From: an uncultured Candidatus Saccharibacteria bacterium
GTDB taxonomy: Bacteria; Patescibacteriota; Minisyncoccia; Phycocordibacterales; UBA9973
DNA: 64,000 nucleotides
Direction of reading: 5' to 3'
Assembly: GCA_964544225.1 (NCBI GenBank)
Contig: CAZIZK010000001.1
Coordinates: forward strand, 54,856 to 118,855
Made by a program: the position numbers and the translations under genes. This document shows positions 18,593-28,409 of the stretch, piece after piece; the stretch's first letter is position 1, and the number at the start of each line of letters is the position of its first letter. The notes below the pieces were generated by a model. It saw only the letters and a program-made list of their open reading frames with translations. It had not been told where the DNA came from and made no database searches.

Positions 18593-21112
18593 ATGAAAAT
18601 TTTTATTCGCAATAATTTATATCGCTCAAAAAAATTTTGGCTCATAAAAAAATGGTTTGAAGAAAAACCAATTTTTAGCTTTTGGGCAAAGATCTTTAAA
18701 CTCGACTTTAATATAAATAAGGGTAAATATTCGGCACGCTTATTGTGGCCTTCAATTTTTCCATTCATTCGGACACTTATCTATTCTATTTTTATAATCG
18801 CAATTTTTGAAACGTACAGTTACTTTTTTCCAGTGGATCAAAAAATATTTAGTGATCAGGTTACTGATACACTACTTTCGGCGATTGCCAGTGTATCCGG
18901 TGTATTCCTTGGTCTTTATTTTACGGCTGTTTCCAGTATCGCAAGTAATTTTTTATTACGTGCCACTCAAAATATAAGGCGCTACTTCCTTTCGACTCCA
19001 ATTGGAGAACAATACGTTAGGACCGTAGCCCTTACGGGTATCATAAGTATTTTTTATCTGTTGGCAAAATCGTTTGGACACCCAATACACCCAGTTGGCT
19101 TAGTATTTCTTTGTATTGCTGGAGCATATATCATAATCAGATTTTGGAGTGTTGGATCAAATGTTTTCTATTCATTGGAACCAACTGTTGCCCTGCCTTC
19201 AATCGGTAAAAACATTGCAGACCTATTGAAGGGGGTTACGCCACCGGGTTTTAAATGGGATAAACCAGCAATACAAAATCATCAAAGACGCCTAGTGTCA
19301 GACAATTTGGAGCTTGCTAAAGACCTTATTGATTTTGGAATTAAAGAGATAAAGCTTTCAAATGAACAATTACATATTGCTCTTCGTTATTTAGGTGGTT
19401 TGCTTTTTTTATATCCTCAATACAAGAAGAAGATACCGACTAATAGCTTTTGGTTCAAAACAAAAAATCAGTACGATAGTTGGACCTTAGCGGATTCAAC
19501 ACAAATCGCGCTTGCCTTAAACACTGGCACAAGTTTGCAACCCAAGACAATCAAAGATTTTACTTGGTTTGAAGAAGAAACTTTGGATATGAGTGTAAAG
19601 ATTTTTGAGTTTTACGCCAAAGAGAAAAATGTTGCCTCTGTATTCCAAGGACTAGAACTTTTTGTAGAAATCGCTGAAGTTTATGCGAGTGAGTTTGATG
19701 AGGAAGGACTAAAGCTTCTTTTACAGAAAACAGAAAAGGTTGCAGGATTGGTCGACCTAGAAAAAGTAGCAGATCCAAAAAATGTTCGGTACAAAGAACA
19801 AATGGCTTTTATTGATACTCAAGGCCGGTTAGCTATAGGGGCGGTGCTTGGATTGGCTAGGTATCTTGATACTGCTTCTGCGGAAAGCTTATCCACGACT
19901 ATTTCAAATATTAAGTGGTATTCAAATAAAAACATTTATCTTACAGGGCTACCTTTGTCGGTTCTATCGCGTCTGGAATCTACTGCAAGTGATTTAAAAG
20001 CTGAAATGCTAATTGAGGGTAGGCAGCTTTCCCCTGAGTGGTATATACGCACTCTTTGCGTTCAGAAATACTTATTCGCACTCTTAGGTTATTTCAAATA
20101 TCTAAAAACCCTTCATTCAACTTACTTTGAACCAAAGCTTGGAAAATTGCTTGCCGAGGATCAATTAGGTCTTGCTGTTCAATTGGTGCAACGCTGGATC
20201 GAGTTTACTCACAAATATAATCGGCTCGTTGGATTGATTGCAAAACATATTGAAGATTGTGTACCTTATCACCAAGTCAAAGATCTTTCTTGGATAGAGT
20301 TTAGTGCAGACGAAGAGTATAAAACCGCAAGGGACCGCGAAAAAGAAGTAGCCGATAAAATGATTAGATTGTTGCCTCGATTAATGACAATGCCTACCGA
20401 AAGCGATATGCCAGACTACTTTGGGCAAGCTCTTACGCAAGGCGTTCAGGCCTGTTATGAGGCGTGTGAGGAGAACGACCCAGTCAGGTTGAAAGCAATA
20501 TTCCCGGTTGTTTTTATAGCTTCACTTTCGGCTTTTGATATGACGAGAGTGAGAGTTCAAAACTGGTCCGAAGAACAAAGCAAAATAATCTATTCAACAG
20601 AACCTCTTATAAATCTCTACGAACTAAGTGGATTTGCTAAATTGTATTCAGAGCTCTACCAAAACACGGAGCTTTGGAATGTTGTGCAAACACCGTGGGA
20701 CACTTATTTGGGTGGTATCGATGCCGTACAAGAAATTACACGCATCGCGGCCATTACTAACTATCGACGTGGACTTTTCATGATCATGCCACAAGCAACC
20801 TTACGAACAAACTGGCAAATGCGATTTAGTAATAAAATGAGAGAACAAGGTTTAGCTGTTTTCCCCGATAGTAGAAGCTATGACTATGTAAATGGCCGAG
20901 AAGATCCTGCGCATGCGAGCGCGATTATTCGTGTAGTTACTCGATCAGGTGGTTTGAGTTTATCTACAGGTCAGACCGTATTTTTCGTAACATATTTATC
21001 CCAACACCCAGGGGCAACAGGAATTGATCTACCAGACCAACGCGACATGAGAGAACAAATACAACGAGAAGAAGAAAGATCTAATGAGGAAGAAAATAAT
21101 GACTATGAATAA
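18593..21112 (+). CDS. Large hypothetical membrane protein (N-terminal ~5 TM, DUF2254-like; helical C-terminus)
   Basis: 839-aa ORF; TLLSAIASVSGVFLGLYFTAV helix. Confidence 0.7.
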   Translation: MKIFIRNNLYRSKKFWLIKKWFEEKPIFSFWAKIFKLDFNINKGKYSARLLWPSIFPFIRTLIYSIFIIAIFETYSYFFPVDQKIFSDQVTDTLLSAIASVSGVFLGLYFTAVSSIASNFLLRATQNIRRYFLSTPIGEQYVRTVALTGIISIFYLLAKSFGHPIHPVGLVFLCIAGAYIIIRFWSVGSNVFYSLEPTVALPSIGKNIADLLKGVTPPGFKWDKPAIQNHQRRLVSDNLELAKDLIDFGIKEIKLSNEQLHIALRYLGGLLFLYPQYKKKIPTNSFWFKTKNQYDSWTLADSTQIALALNTGTSLQPKTIKDFTWFEEETLDMSVKIFEFYAKEKNVASVFQGLELFVEIAEVYASEFDEEGLKLLLQKTEKVAGLVDLEKVADPKNVRYKEQMAFIDTQGRLAIGAVLGLARYLDTASAESLSTTISNIKWYSNKNIYLTGLPLSVLSRLESTASDLKAEMLIEGRQLSPEWYIRTLCVQKYLFALLGYFKYLKTLHSTYFEPKLGKLLAEDQLGLAVQLVQRWIEFTHKYNRLVGLIAKHIEDCVPYHQVKDLSWIEFSADEEYKTARDREKEVADKMIRLLPRLMTMPTESDMPDYFGQALTQGVQACYEACEENDPVRLKAIFPVVFIASLSAFDMTRVRVQNWSEEQSKIIYSTEPLINLYELSGFAKLYSELYQNTELWNVVQTPWDTYLGGIDAVQEITRIAAITNYRRGLFMIMPQATLRTNWQMRFSNKMREQGLAVFPDSRSYDYVNGREDPAHASAIIRVVTRSGGLSLSTGQTVFFVTYLSQHPGATGIDLPDQRDMREQIQREEERSNEEENNDYE

Positions 21113-22151
21113 ATACTTTAAAAAAATTAAAGAGGTGGTGTTGGCCTACTTAAAAGATCCTCTTTTATTGCGAAAGTGGGATCAACCAGATTATTACCGA
21201 TATAGAGGACGTGGTGATAATAATAATCAGTTGTCATTCAGGAGTTCACGAAACAGACGTCACAGGTACCATTATCACGGTACGTCTTCAATGTTCATTG
21301 AAGATATGTTTAGCGGAATAATGCCGTTTATGATTTATAGCGGCGTTAGAGAAAAGTATCCTGCAAAAATTGAACCAGCCGCACCCGATAAAGAAGCAAT
21401 AATTGCTCAAGGTCTTTCTGGTCGCAGGCATCGAACAGCATTAGGTGAAGGTCTTTGTGATTTTGTGCGTGATACAGCACATGTGCTTTTTCAAGACGGC
21501 TTAGCAATATACGAAATTATTTATAAAAAGAACGAAACTGGAGAAACCGAAAGCTATAGCTTTGAATTAATGGATCATTATGGTCTATATAGATTTTTTG
21601 GTAATTACTATCAATTTGTTTCTTGGGCTGATGCAAAGGCTTCACATACCAAAGTTCAAATAATCAAAATACCAAAAGAAAAAGTATTACGCATCGAGTT
21701 CCCAAAAGAACTCGGCGGGCAAAAACGTATCAATAAAATATTAAAGCGATCATGGGAACTCGGACAAGAGATTATTCCTAAGTTTCAAATGGACGCAATG
21801 GAAAAACAAGAAAACATTGGCTTTGATTCAAAGATATATACGGAAGCAAAGTATTTAGAAATTGCGACTCTTACAAAAGACTTGGGATGGAACCAGCGCC
21901 AGTTATCAACCAACCATATTACGGAATATTATGCCCTTCTACGTCTTCTTAGGCAGAAAAAAGTAGAAGCTACTGTTCGAGAAAAGATTTTTACCAAACT
22001 TAATGAAGTCTTAAATGGATCAGTTTTAAACTTTGACGCTCAAGTTTCAATGGATAATCTTTTTACAGCTTCTGATATTGATGCACGTGTCAAAAAACTT
22101 ACAGAAGGTAACACAACTTTTATTGATTTGTTTACTGATACAAGTTTTTAA
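21105..22151 (+). CDS. Hypothetical protein with remote phage-portal-like motif spacing
   Basis: ATGAATAA overlap with upstream gene; DFVRDTAHVLFQDGLAIYEII...YYQ...IPKEKVLRI. Confidence 0.6.
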   Translation: MNKYFKKIKEVVLAYLKDPLLLRKWDQPDYYRYRGRGDNNNQLSFRSSRNRRHRYHYHGTSSMFIEDMFSGIMPFMIYSGVREKYPAKIEPAAPDKEAIIAQGLSGRRHRTALGEGLCDFVRDTAHVLFQDGLAIYEIIYKKNETGETESYSFELMDHYGLYRFFGNYYQFVSWADAKASHTKVQIIKIPKEKVLRIEFPKELGGQKRINKILKRSWELGQEIIPKFQMDAMEKQENIGFDSKIYTEAKYLEIATLTKDLGWNQRQLSTNHITEYYALLRLLRQKKVEATVREKIFTKLNEVLNGSVLNFDAQVSMDNLFTASDIDARVKKLTEGNTTFIDLFTDTSF

Positions 22152-22166
22152 GATTTGAAATTTAGC

Positions 22167-22177
22167 TGTTGGTAACT
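22167..22177 (+). repeat. 11-bp direct repeat right of the two-gene cassette
   Basis: TGTTGGTAACT, also at 18505-18515. Confidence 0.5.
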
Positions 22178-22315
22178 CTACTACACAATGAACTCAATCT
22201 AAGCTAAAGTACAAAAATGCCCCTGAAAATGGTATAATTCGTTCACAATTTAATAACAGACCTAACCCCTCAATTTATTGAGGATATGGTCGCAAAATCC
22301 GTCCAAAGTAAAGAA

Positions 22316-22400
22316 CTCCTAGTCAGAGTCTACTTTGGACGGTCATATCTGGAAACGGGTATGGGTATACCTCACGGGGTATATCGGATCTGGCTAGGAG
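22316..22400 (+). ncRNA. Cloverleaf RNA, C4/CI-type antisense candidate
   Basis: Closing stem CTCCTAGTCAGA/TCTGGCTAGGAG with three inner hairpins (one GAAA loop); 12-nt complements at 22299-22310 and 22434-22445; extended -10 at 22230-22238. Confidence 0.65.
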
Positions 22401-22447
22401 CTTTTTGCTACCTATACGGTCCTTCATAACAAAACCGTCCAAAGTTT

Positions 22448-23365
22448 ATGAAAAATCTTTTAGAAAAGTTTAAACAATTATCTCTTTTTAAGCAGATAAT
22501 TATTGTTCTTGTTGTTCTTACTATTGTTATAGTTAATTTTGATTTATTTAAAAACCTCGTTTACATAGGTCTTGTTGTTGGTGCAATTTATCTTTTATTT
22601 ACTAAAGTATTCAGATCACCAAAAAGAAAAGGACTGGATCTATATTCTCAAAAAATCAAAGAACTTTTAATTGATGGCAATTTGTCAGAGGAAGACAAAA
22701 TAATCCTAGAACAGATTAAAAAAGAGAATAATCTAAACGATAAAGATGTCGAGAAATACAACTTGGCAGGATTCAAAACTTTCTTCGATAAAATTACAGA
22801 TGATTCACGAATTTCAGAAGAAGAAAGAAAAGAACTTGTTAAGATATATTCTGATCTAAATCTGCCAACAGATAAACTCGCATACAGTCAAAGTGATTTT
22901 AATAAATACCATACGCTTCATTTGATAGATCAAGGGACACTTCCAACTATTGATGTACCCAATCTAAATGTTAATTTAAAGGCAGACGAAAAACTGCATT
23001 ATGTAAATAAGGCATTTATTGTTAAAAATAAATCTATAACTACAGGTATTAATTATAGTGGTCTTTCTGGTTCTATTAAGATTGCAAAAGGAATACGCTA
23101 TAGAATCGGAAGTATGAAAATTGCTCCACAGAAAGTAAATGTAATGATGACTGATGATGCAGGTACTTTCTATTTAACAACAGAGAATCTTGGTTATATT
23201 GGTCTTAACAAGCACTTCAGTATGTCATACGACAAAATATCTTCTCTAGATGTTAGAGAAGGATTTTTGTACCTATACAAGAAAGGAAAAGAAGGACCAT
23301 TTATTATTTCAATGGATGATTTTGAACTACCGCTTGCGATTGTTTCTTTCAAGATAAATGAGTAA
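22448..23365 (+). CDS. Two-TM membrane protein with TerB-like repeats and a PH-like C-terminal domain
   Basis: DGNLSEED and DSRISEEE repeats; YSGLSG..GIRYRIG; D.GTFYLT. Confidence 0.6.
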   Translation: MKNLLEKFKQLSLFKQIIIVLVVLTIVIVNFDLFKNLVYIGLVVGAIYLLFTKVFRSPKRKGLDLYSQKIKELLIDGNLSEEDKIILEQIKKENNLNDKDVEKYNLAGFKTFFDKITDDSRISEEERKELVKIYSDLNLPTDKLAYSQSDFNKYHTLHLIDQGTLPTIDVPNLNVNLKADEKLHYVNKAFIVKNKSITTGINYSGLSGSIKIAKGIRYRIGSMKIAPQKVNVMMTDDAGTFYLTTENLGYIGLNKHFSMSYDKISSLDVREGFLYLYKKGKEGPFIISMDDFELPLAIVSFKINE

Positions 23366-23373
23366 GTTTTGTT

Positions 23374-24870
23374 CTATCTTTCCATCTCTTTAAACTTCTC
23401 AGAATATTTTTTAGTAATGTCGTCGACATCTTCGCTAACACCAAGATCAAACATAAAACACCCCTCTGTAATTTCAAGAGTATATAGAAAAGATTCCTCT
23501 ATATAAAAGCACTCCATTGCTGTATCTAGAAGCATACTTAAGCTGTTATTAAGTAGTAATACTTCATCTTGATATGAATCAATGAAACTTTTATAGTGTT
23601 CAGTCATATCAATATCAAATATAGACGAGACTTTTTGAGCCAATTCTTTGAACTCACATAGTGTTCGGTAATTCTTGATTGGCATTGCATGCTTTTTTAC
23701 GAAAAGGAACATGTTTGAAATCGGCATAAGTAATTCGACTTGCTGTTTGTATTCTTTAACAAAGTCAATATTTTCTTTGCAGTTATATAAACTAATGCCA
23801 GTTATAATCTGAACTTGTCTCTGCATCCCCAAGAAATCCTTTTCAATTGTTTGTTCCGTAAGCGAGTCAGTATCAAATAATTTTTGAAAATACTGTTTTG
23901 ATTTTTGCAGTTCAGTATACCAAGCTATAAATAATTCTTTGTGATTATTTTTTGTGTTTCCATTCCATGTATCAAATCTTTCACTCATAAAAATCGTTGA
24001 ATATTCTTTTGTAAACAAACCGTCATCTAGCCATAGAAATATCTTTTCTTTAATAAGAGATTCTATGCTTGTATTTTTACTCTTTGCATATAATTCAATT
24101 GCAGATAATAGTCTTTCTTCAAATTTCTCATCTTTGTCCATGTACGCAATATGAAGATCATCAGCTAGTTTGATGAAAATCTCTTTAATAGGAAGTTCAG
24201 CAAAGAAAACATGGAGTAAGAAGCCATCTTTTTCTGCTGTACTGCGTTTTATCTTCTTTGCTCCCTCATAATACATACGCGAATAAATACGATCTATGAT
24301 TAGGTCTTTGTCTTGTTTAGTGAGAGTATCTCCATTTTTAAATCTTTCATAAAGAAAAACCTGCTCACTAAGGTAGTTATGATCACTGGCTGATCCTTCA
24401 TCTAAAAGAAGCAAATCACTTTGAATGTCTTTTGGAAGATTATTGAAGGTAAATATATGCAGTACTTTTGCGTATTCTAGATAGGTTTGTGCCGTAACGA
24501 ACTTTATACTTTCTTCATGGGAAATGTCTTTTAAAAATTCAGTCTCAACTTTTTCTTTAAATTTTCTCGCGTGAGAGAGGAGGCTATCAACAACTCTCTG
24601 ATTTCGCAAGAGAGATACTTCGGATCTATACAAAAACATTTGAGCATCCATTTTCATGGCATCTTCAAGCTGAACAATATTTATGTATTTGTTGTATTCA
24701 ATTGCTTCTAATCTACTCGGCATCCATCCTTTAGTTAGAATATATAAATCAGATTCCGAAAGGTGTCCCTTACCAGTCTTTTCTCTGTGAATATCATTAT
24801 GAACAAGTGCTTTCACTCGTTCAAATGGAGTTATGTTTGATCTTCTTAAAATATTGGTGAGACTTTTCAT
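23374..24870 (-). CDS. Hypothetical helical protein (498 aa)
   Basis: Long ORF at the end of the methylase operon; no motif recognised. Confidence 0.7.
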   Translation of the reverse strand: MKSLTNILRRSNITPFERVKALVHNDIHREKTGKGHLSESDLYILTKGWMPSRLEAIEYNKYINIVQLEDAMKMDAQMFLYRSEVSLLRNQRVVDSLLSHARKFKEKVETEFLKDISHEESIKFVTAQTYLEYAKVLHIFTFNNLPKDIQSDLLLLDEGSASDHNYLSEQVFLYERFKNGDTLTKQDKDLIIDRIYSRMYYEGAKKIKRSTAEKDGFLLHVFFAELPIKEIFIKLADDLHIAYMDKDEKFEERLLSAIELYAKSKNTSIESLIKEKIFLWLDDGLFTKEYSTIFMSERFDTWNGNTKNNHKELFIAWYTELQKSKQYFQKLFDTDSLTEQTIEKDFLGMQRQVQIITGISLYNCKENIDFVKEYKQQVELLMPISNMFLFVKKHAMPIKNYRTLCEFKELAQKVSSIFDIDMTEHYKSFIDSYQDEVLLLNNSLSMLLDTAMECFYIEESFLYTLEITEGCFMFDLGVSEDVDDITKKYSEKFKEMER

Positions 24871-24871
24871 A

Positions 24872-25069
24872 TCATTTGTTTTTTCTTAGTGCATTTTCCA
24901 AGAACTCGACCCGTTCTTTAAGTTCTGTGTTGACTATATTTTTTGAAAGCGTAGAAGTAAGCTTAGCAATCATAGATGCCTGCTTGAGTGACATTTCCTT
25001 ATTCATCACTTTACGGATGGTGTCCGAAAGAATGTTATTTATCTCTTCTAGATTAATTGGTTTAGTCAT
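24872..25069 (-). CDS. Small hypothetical protein with C-terminal coiled coil
   Basis: ELKERVEFLE; 1-bp spacing to both neighbours. Confidence 0.65.
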   Translation of the reverse strand: MTKPINLEEINNILSDTIRKVMNKEMSLKQASMIAKLTSTLSKNIVNTELKERVEFLENALRKNK

Positions 25070-25070
25070 A

Positions 25071-25445
25071 CTAGTTATTTTCTACGATTTCAAACCAAGC
25101 TCTCACTTCATGAGCCTTGCCACTTTTAATAATGTTTTTGTAGAGTGCAAAGATAACATTTGGGGTTAACTTTCTTGCCCAAGAATTTATATCCTGAACT
25201 AATCCGTCTTTCTCAAGTCTTTTGTTCCAATCGGTAAGCGTTCCGACATCGATGTTATATTTTTTTGAGAATTCTAGTTGTGTTTTAATTGCGAGTAATT
25301 CAAACACAGTTTCTTCTTCAATGCCAAATTTCTCGAGTGCTACTCTTGGTTGCCCCTTAAGAAACGAAGGAAGGGACTTCCAAAGAGCGTAAGTCTCGTA
25401 GACTTGCTTTTTATATGGATCTTTAGAAAAATCTTCTTCCTGCAT
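25071..25445 (-). CDS. HTH protein, terminase small subunit-like
   Basis: EFSKKYNIDVGTLTDWNK HTH; PNVIFALYK...EVRAWFE; same position as the terS-like gene in element 1. Confidence 0.5.
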   Translation of the reverse strand: MQEEDFSKDPYKKQVYETYALWKSLPSFLKGQPRVALEKFGIEEETVFELLAIKTQLEFSKKYNIDVGTLTDWNKRLEKDGLVQDINSWARKLTPNVIFALYKNIIKSGKAHEVRAWFEIVENN

Positions 25446-25452
25446 ATATCAC

Positions 25453-26202
25453 TTAAAGCTTTATAGCAGTCTCGCCAGTGAGCTTCTCAAGCCTTGTGAG
25501 GGATGTTTGTACATATGCCTCATCAAGCTCTATTCCGATACACTTTCGACCCAAGTGCTGACATGCGACCCCTGTTGATCCACTTCCAAGAAATGGGTCA
25601 TATACAACATCACCAACTCTTGTTGAGTTAGGAATTATCTTTCTCAATAGTCCAATTGGTTTTTGTGTGGGGTGGAGTTTAGATTTATGAGGTCTAGGAT
25701 GAAAGATAACATTTCTCGCTTTAGACTGTTCCATTTTGTGTTTGCCAAACCATCCGTATGCAATCAGTTCATACATCGACAAATAATCCTTTCTGCTCAT
25801 GACTGGCTGATTCTTCAGCCAAATAATCATTTGGCTGTAATAAAAACCAGCAGACTTCATTCCCAAGCGTAAACTTGGAAACATTAAGTCGGCATTGAAA
25901 ATATATACCGCATTGTATTCTTCAAGATACGGAATAGTCGCACCTAAATATTTGCGAGTGAAATTTTCGTATTCCTCTTCTGATTGCAGGTGGTCATTAG
26001 CGATAATTTTTTCATTATTAACACCGAGTTTTGATAGTCCTATTTTATTTTCTACATAAGCAACGCCGTAGGGAGGATCGGTCACCACTGCTCGTATTTT
26101 ATTGTTACCTATAACCTTTGCGACAAATTCTTTATCCAGAGAATCGCCACATCCGATAATGTGATTTCCGACTCTAAAAATATCTCCTTTATTTATTTTC
26201 AT
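25453..26202 (-). CDS. N6/N4 DNA methyltransferase (beta class)
   Basis: TDPPY, HPTQKP, DPFLGSGST, GIELD. Confidence 0.92.
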   Translation of the reverse strand: MKINKGDIFRVGNHIIGCGDSLDKEFVAKVIGNNKIRAVVTDPPYGVAYVENKIGLSKLGVNNEKIIANDHLQSEEEYENFTRKYLGATIPYLEEYNAVYIFNADLMFPSLRLGMKSAGFYYSQMIIWLKNQPVMSRKDYLSMYELIAYGWFGKHKMEQSKARNVIFHPRPHKSKLHPTQKPIGLLRKIIPNSTRVGDVVYDPFLGSGSTGVACQHLGRKCIGIELDEAYVQTSLTRLEKLTGETAIKL

Positions 26203-27457
26203 AGATTTTATTCGCCTTAAGATTGGTAAATTTTTCCCAACGATCTATGATAATCGTCGCGAAGAGTAAATCTTTTTCGACCCCACGCCATACACGATTT
26301 AATTCTTCACATGCAATCAAATCAGATCCGCTTCCAGCGAAGCCAGAAAAGATGATATGCCCAGGTGCAGAGCATCGTTTGAAAGGCTTTTCATTTAAAG
26401 AAATCGGTTTCTGCGTCGGATGTAAATAGCTTTGAGTGTTATCTCTTTTAACAAGCCAAAGGTCTATCATGTCCTGCAATTCATCCAGAACCTGATTACC
26501 AGTTGTTACTTCTTGATTAAGAATTTCATTTGCATTCCTGAAGTTTGGATTTAAGTATGGCTTACCAAGCGTGCCGTAAGTACATGGCTCATAGAGTCTA
26601 TTCCAAGCAATTTTCGGAGTGCAGTTCTGGTTCGATTTTATCCAAAGGCATACTCTTCTTTTCTTGATTTGGTATTTATCGTATAGAGATTGAGTTAATC
26701 CTATACTATTTGGGTCTGACCAGTAAAAGAAGTGTGAGTCTGGTTTTGCAAATTTTTTAGCTGTCTCCATGCTCTTACTAATAAATTCAGAGTATTCCTC
26801 TTCGCTTTTATTATCTTTGTATTCTCCGCCGTATTTTCCTCCGTATTCCCAAGAAATATTATAGGGCGGATCACAGAAGACAATATCCGCTAGATCATCT
26901 TTCATGAGTTCTTTAACCTGATCTTCGTTAGTGGAATCTCCGACTAAGAGACGATGCTTCCCGAGTTCCCAAACTTCTCCTAATTTCACTTTTGGTGCCA
27001 CTGTTTCTTTAATGGCTTTTCCAACATCAAAATCATCTTCAACAAGATCCACGTCATCAAATAGATTCTGTAATTCTTCATCTCCAAAACCAACATCAAG
27101 AAGCATGTCCATATCGAACTCTTTCAAGAGTTCTTCATCCCATGAACCAGTATTCTTATTAAGTCTCAAGTTGAGTTCTTTTTCTTCTTCGAGTGTTAAT
27201 TCCCGTGAAGGAATCATGCACTCAATTTCTTCAATACCAAGATCCGCATACACTTTTATGCGTTGTTCACCTCCAATAATTATATTGGCTCGTGAGCCTA
27301 TATTTAGAACTATTGGCACGACTGTACCAAATTCTTTAACAGACTTTTCCAAGTCTCTTCGCTCACTCTCGCTTAACTTTCGCGGATTGTATCCGTTTTT
27401 GATCAGATCACTAAGTTTGCGAGAACTATGTGACCATGTGGGCTTTTGTTTTGCCAT
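26189..27457 (-). CDS. ParB-like N-domain fused to N6/N4 DNA methyltransferase (paralog of 1546-2829)
   Basis: YNPRKLS, IGGEQR, CDPPY, HPTQKP, FAGSGS; shares RVCLW.K..QN..PKI..N..YEP with the paralog. Confidence 0.9.
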   Translation of the reverse strand: MAKQKPTWSHSSRKLSDLIKNGYNPRKLSESERRDLEKSVKEFGTVVPIVLNIGSRANIIIGGEQRIKVYADLGIEEIECMIPSRELTLEEEKELNLRLNKNTGSWDEELLKEFDMDMLLDVGFGDEELQNLFDDVDLVEDDFDVGKAIKETVAPKVKLGEVWELGKHRLLVGDSTNEDQVKELMKDDLADIVFCDPPYNISWEYGGKYGGEYKDNKSEEEYSEFISKSMETAKKFAKPDSHFFYWSDPNSIGLTQSLYDKYQIKKRRVCLWIKSNQNCTPKIAWNRLYEPCTYGTLGKPYLNPNFRNANEILNQEVTTGNQVLDELQDMIDLWLVKRDNTQSYLHPTQKPISLNEKPFKRCSAPGHIIFSGFAGSGSDLIACEELNRVWRGVEKDLLFATIIIDRWEKFTNLKANKIYENK

Positions 27458-27575
27458 AGTGTTAATTCAGAAGAGGGTCTTAATAATGCTCTTCTACCCT
27501 TATTCGTCATTGAATGACAAAATGACAATTTCTTTTTATTATCTAAAATGAATTACTGAAAAATCCTTAATACAA

Positions 27576-27608
27576 AAGACCTTTTGCTCTTTGGAACAAA
27601 AGGTCTTT
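27576..27608. terminator. Intrinsic terminator-like hairpin
   Basis: AAAGACCTTTTG...CAAAAGGTCTTT. Confidence 0.6.
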
Positions 27609-27632
27609 ATTTCGTCATTTAAAACCAGATGA

Positions 27633-28328
27633 CTATATTTCTCCTTTAAGTAAAAAGAGAGCTTGATAACCGTTCTTCTTGGTGTAGTGAGGAATTGGAT
27701 TTGAATTCATGCCAAAGAATTTCTTCAATCCTTCATTTAGTTCGTACTTTACATTTCTACCAAACTTTTTATTCCAGTTAGACTTCGTTAGTGCTCCGCC
27801 ATGTTCAGCCATCACTTGTAGTAGTGTCCATTTAAGATCATGTTTATTTGTTTTAGTATTCATAAAACCCATATCTTTATAATCAAACTTTTGTGACTTC
27901 ATTCCTGGGTAAGAAACCTTTACAAGGTGCCCATCCAAAAACTTAATACTTAGACTTTCCCAAGTTGCTTTCTTTGGTAGGATGTATGATGCAACCACAA
28001 CAGTCTTTTCTTTTTTATTTGATCCAGACCCAATATCTTCGGTGTTAACAATCCGAACATTCTGAACCCTTCTTTCGGGAATAATATAATTTTCTTGAAC
28101 TAGTTTGTTTATCTCAGCGATTCTTTCTAGCTGTGGAGCTATATTCCCGTATACAGATTTAACTGTTTCAAGTTGTTTCAGAAGTGGCTTTTCTATCTTT
28201 TCTTTCATATCAGCTAGCGATTTTAGAGCTTCTTTAGCCCCAACAGGAATACTCCCTTCAGGGAAGGTTACAGAGCTTTTCTCGTCTTTCATTTGTTTTG
28301 CCACTAATTCGCCAACTGTCATTTTCAT
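27633..28328 (-). CDS. Hypothetical protein with a probable C-terminal winged-helix domain
   Basis: WTLLQVMAEHGG...ELNEGLKKFF...NGYQ resembles OmpR-type wHTH. Confidence 0.55.
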   Translation of the reverse strand: MKMTVGELVAKQMKDEKSSVTFPEGSIPVGAKEALKSLADMKEKIEKPLLKQLETVKSVYGNIAPQLERIAEINKLVQENYIIPERRVQNVRIVNTEDIGSGSNKKEKTVVVASYILPKKATWESLSIKFLDGHLVKVSYPGMKSQKFDYKDMGFMNTKTNKHDLKWTLLQVMAEHGGALTKSNWNKKFGRNVKYELNEGLKKFFGMNSNPIPHYTKKNGYQALFLLKGEI

Positions 28329-28409
28329 ACCCTAATTATATCAAAAATTGGCATTTGTTGGCATTTGCCTATCCCTGTTTACTCTCGGATTTTAAACCCC
28401 AAATGAGTC

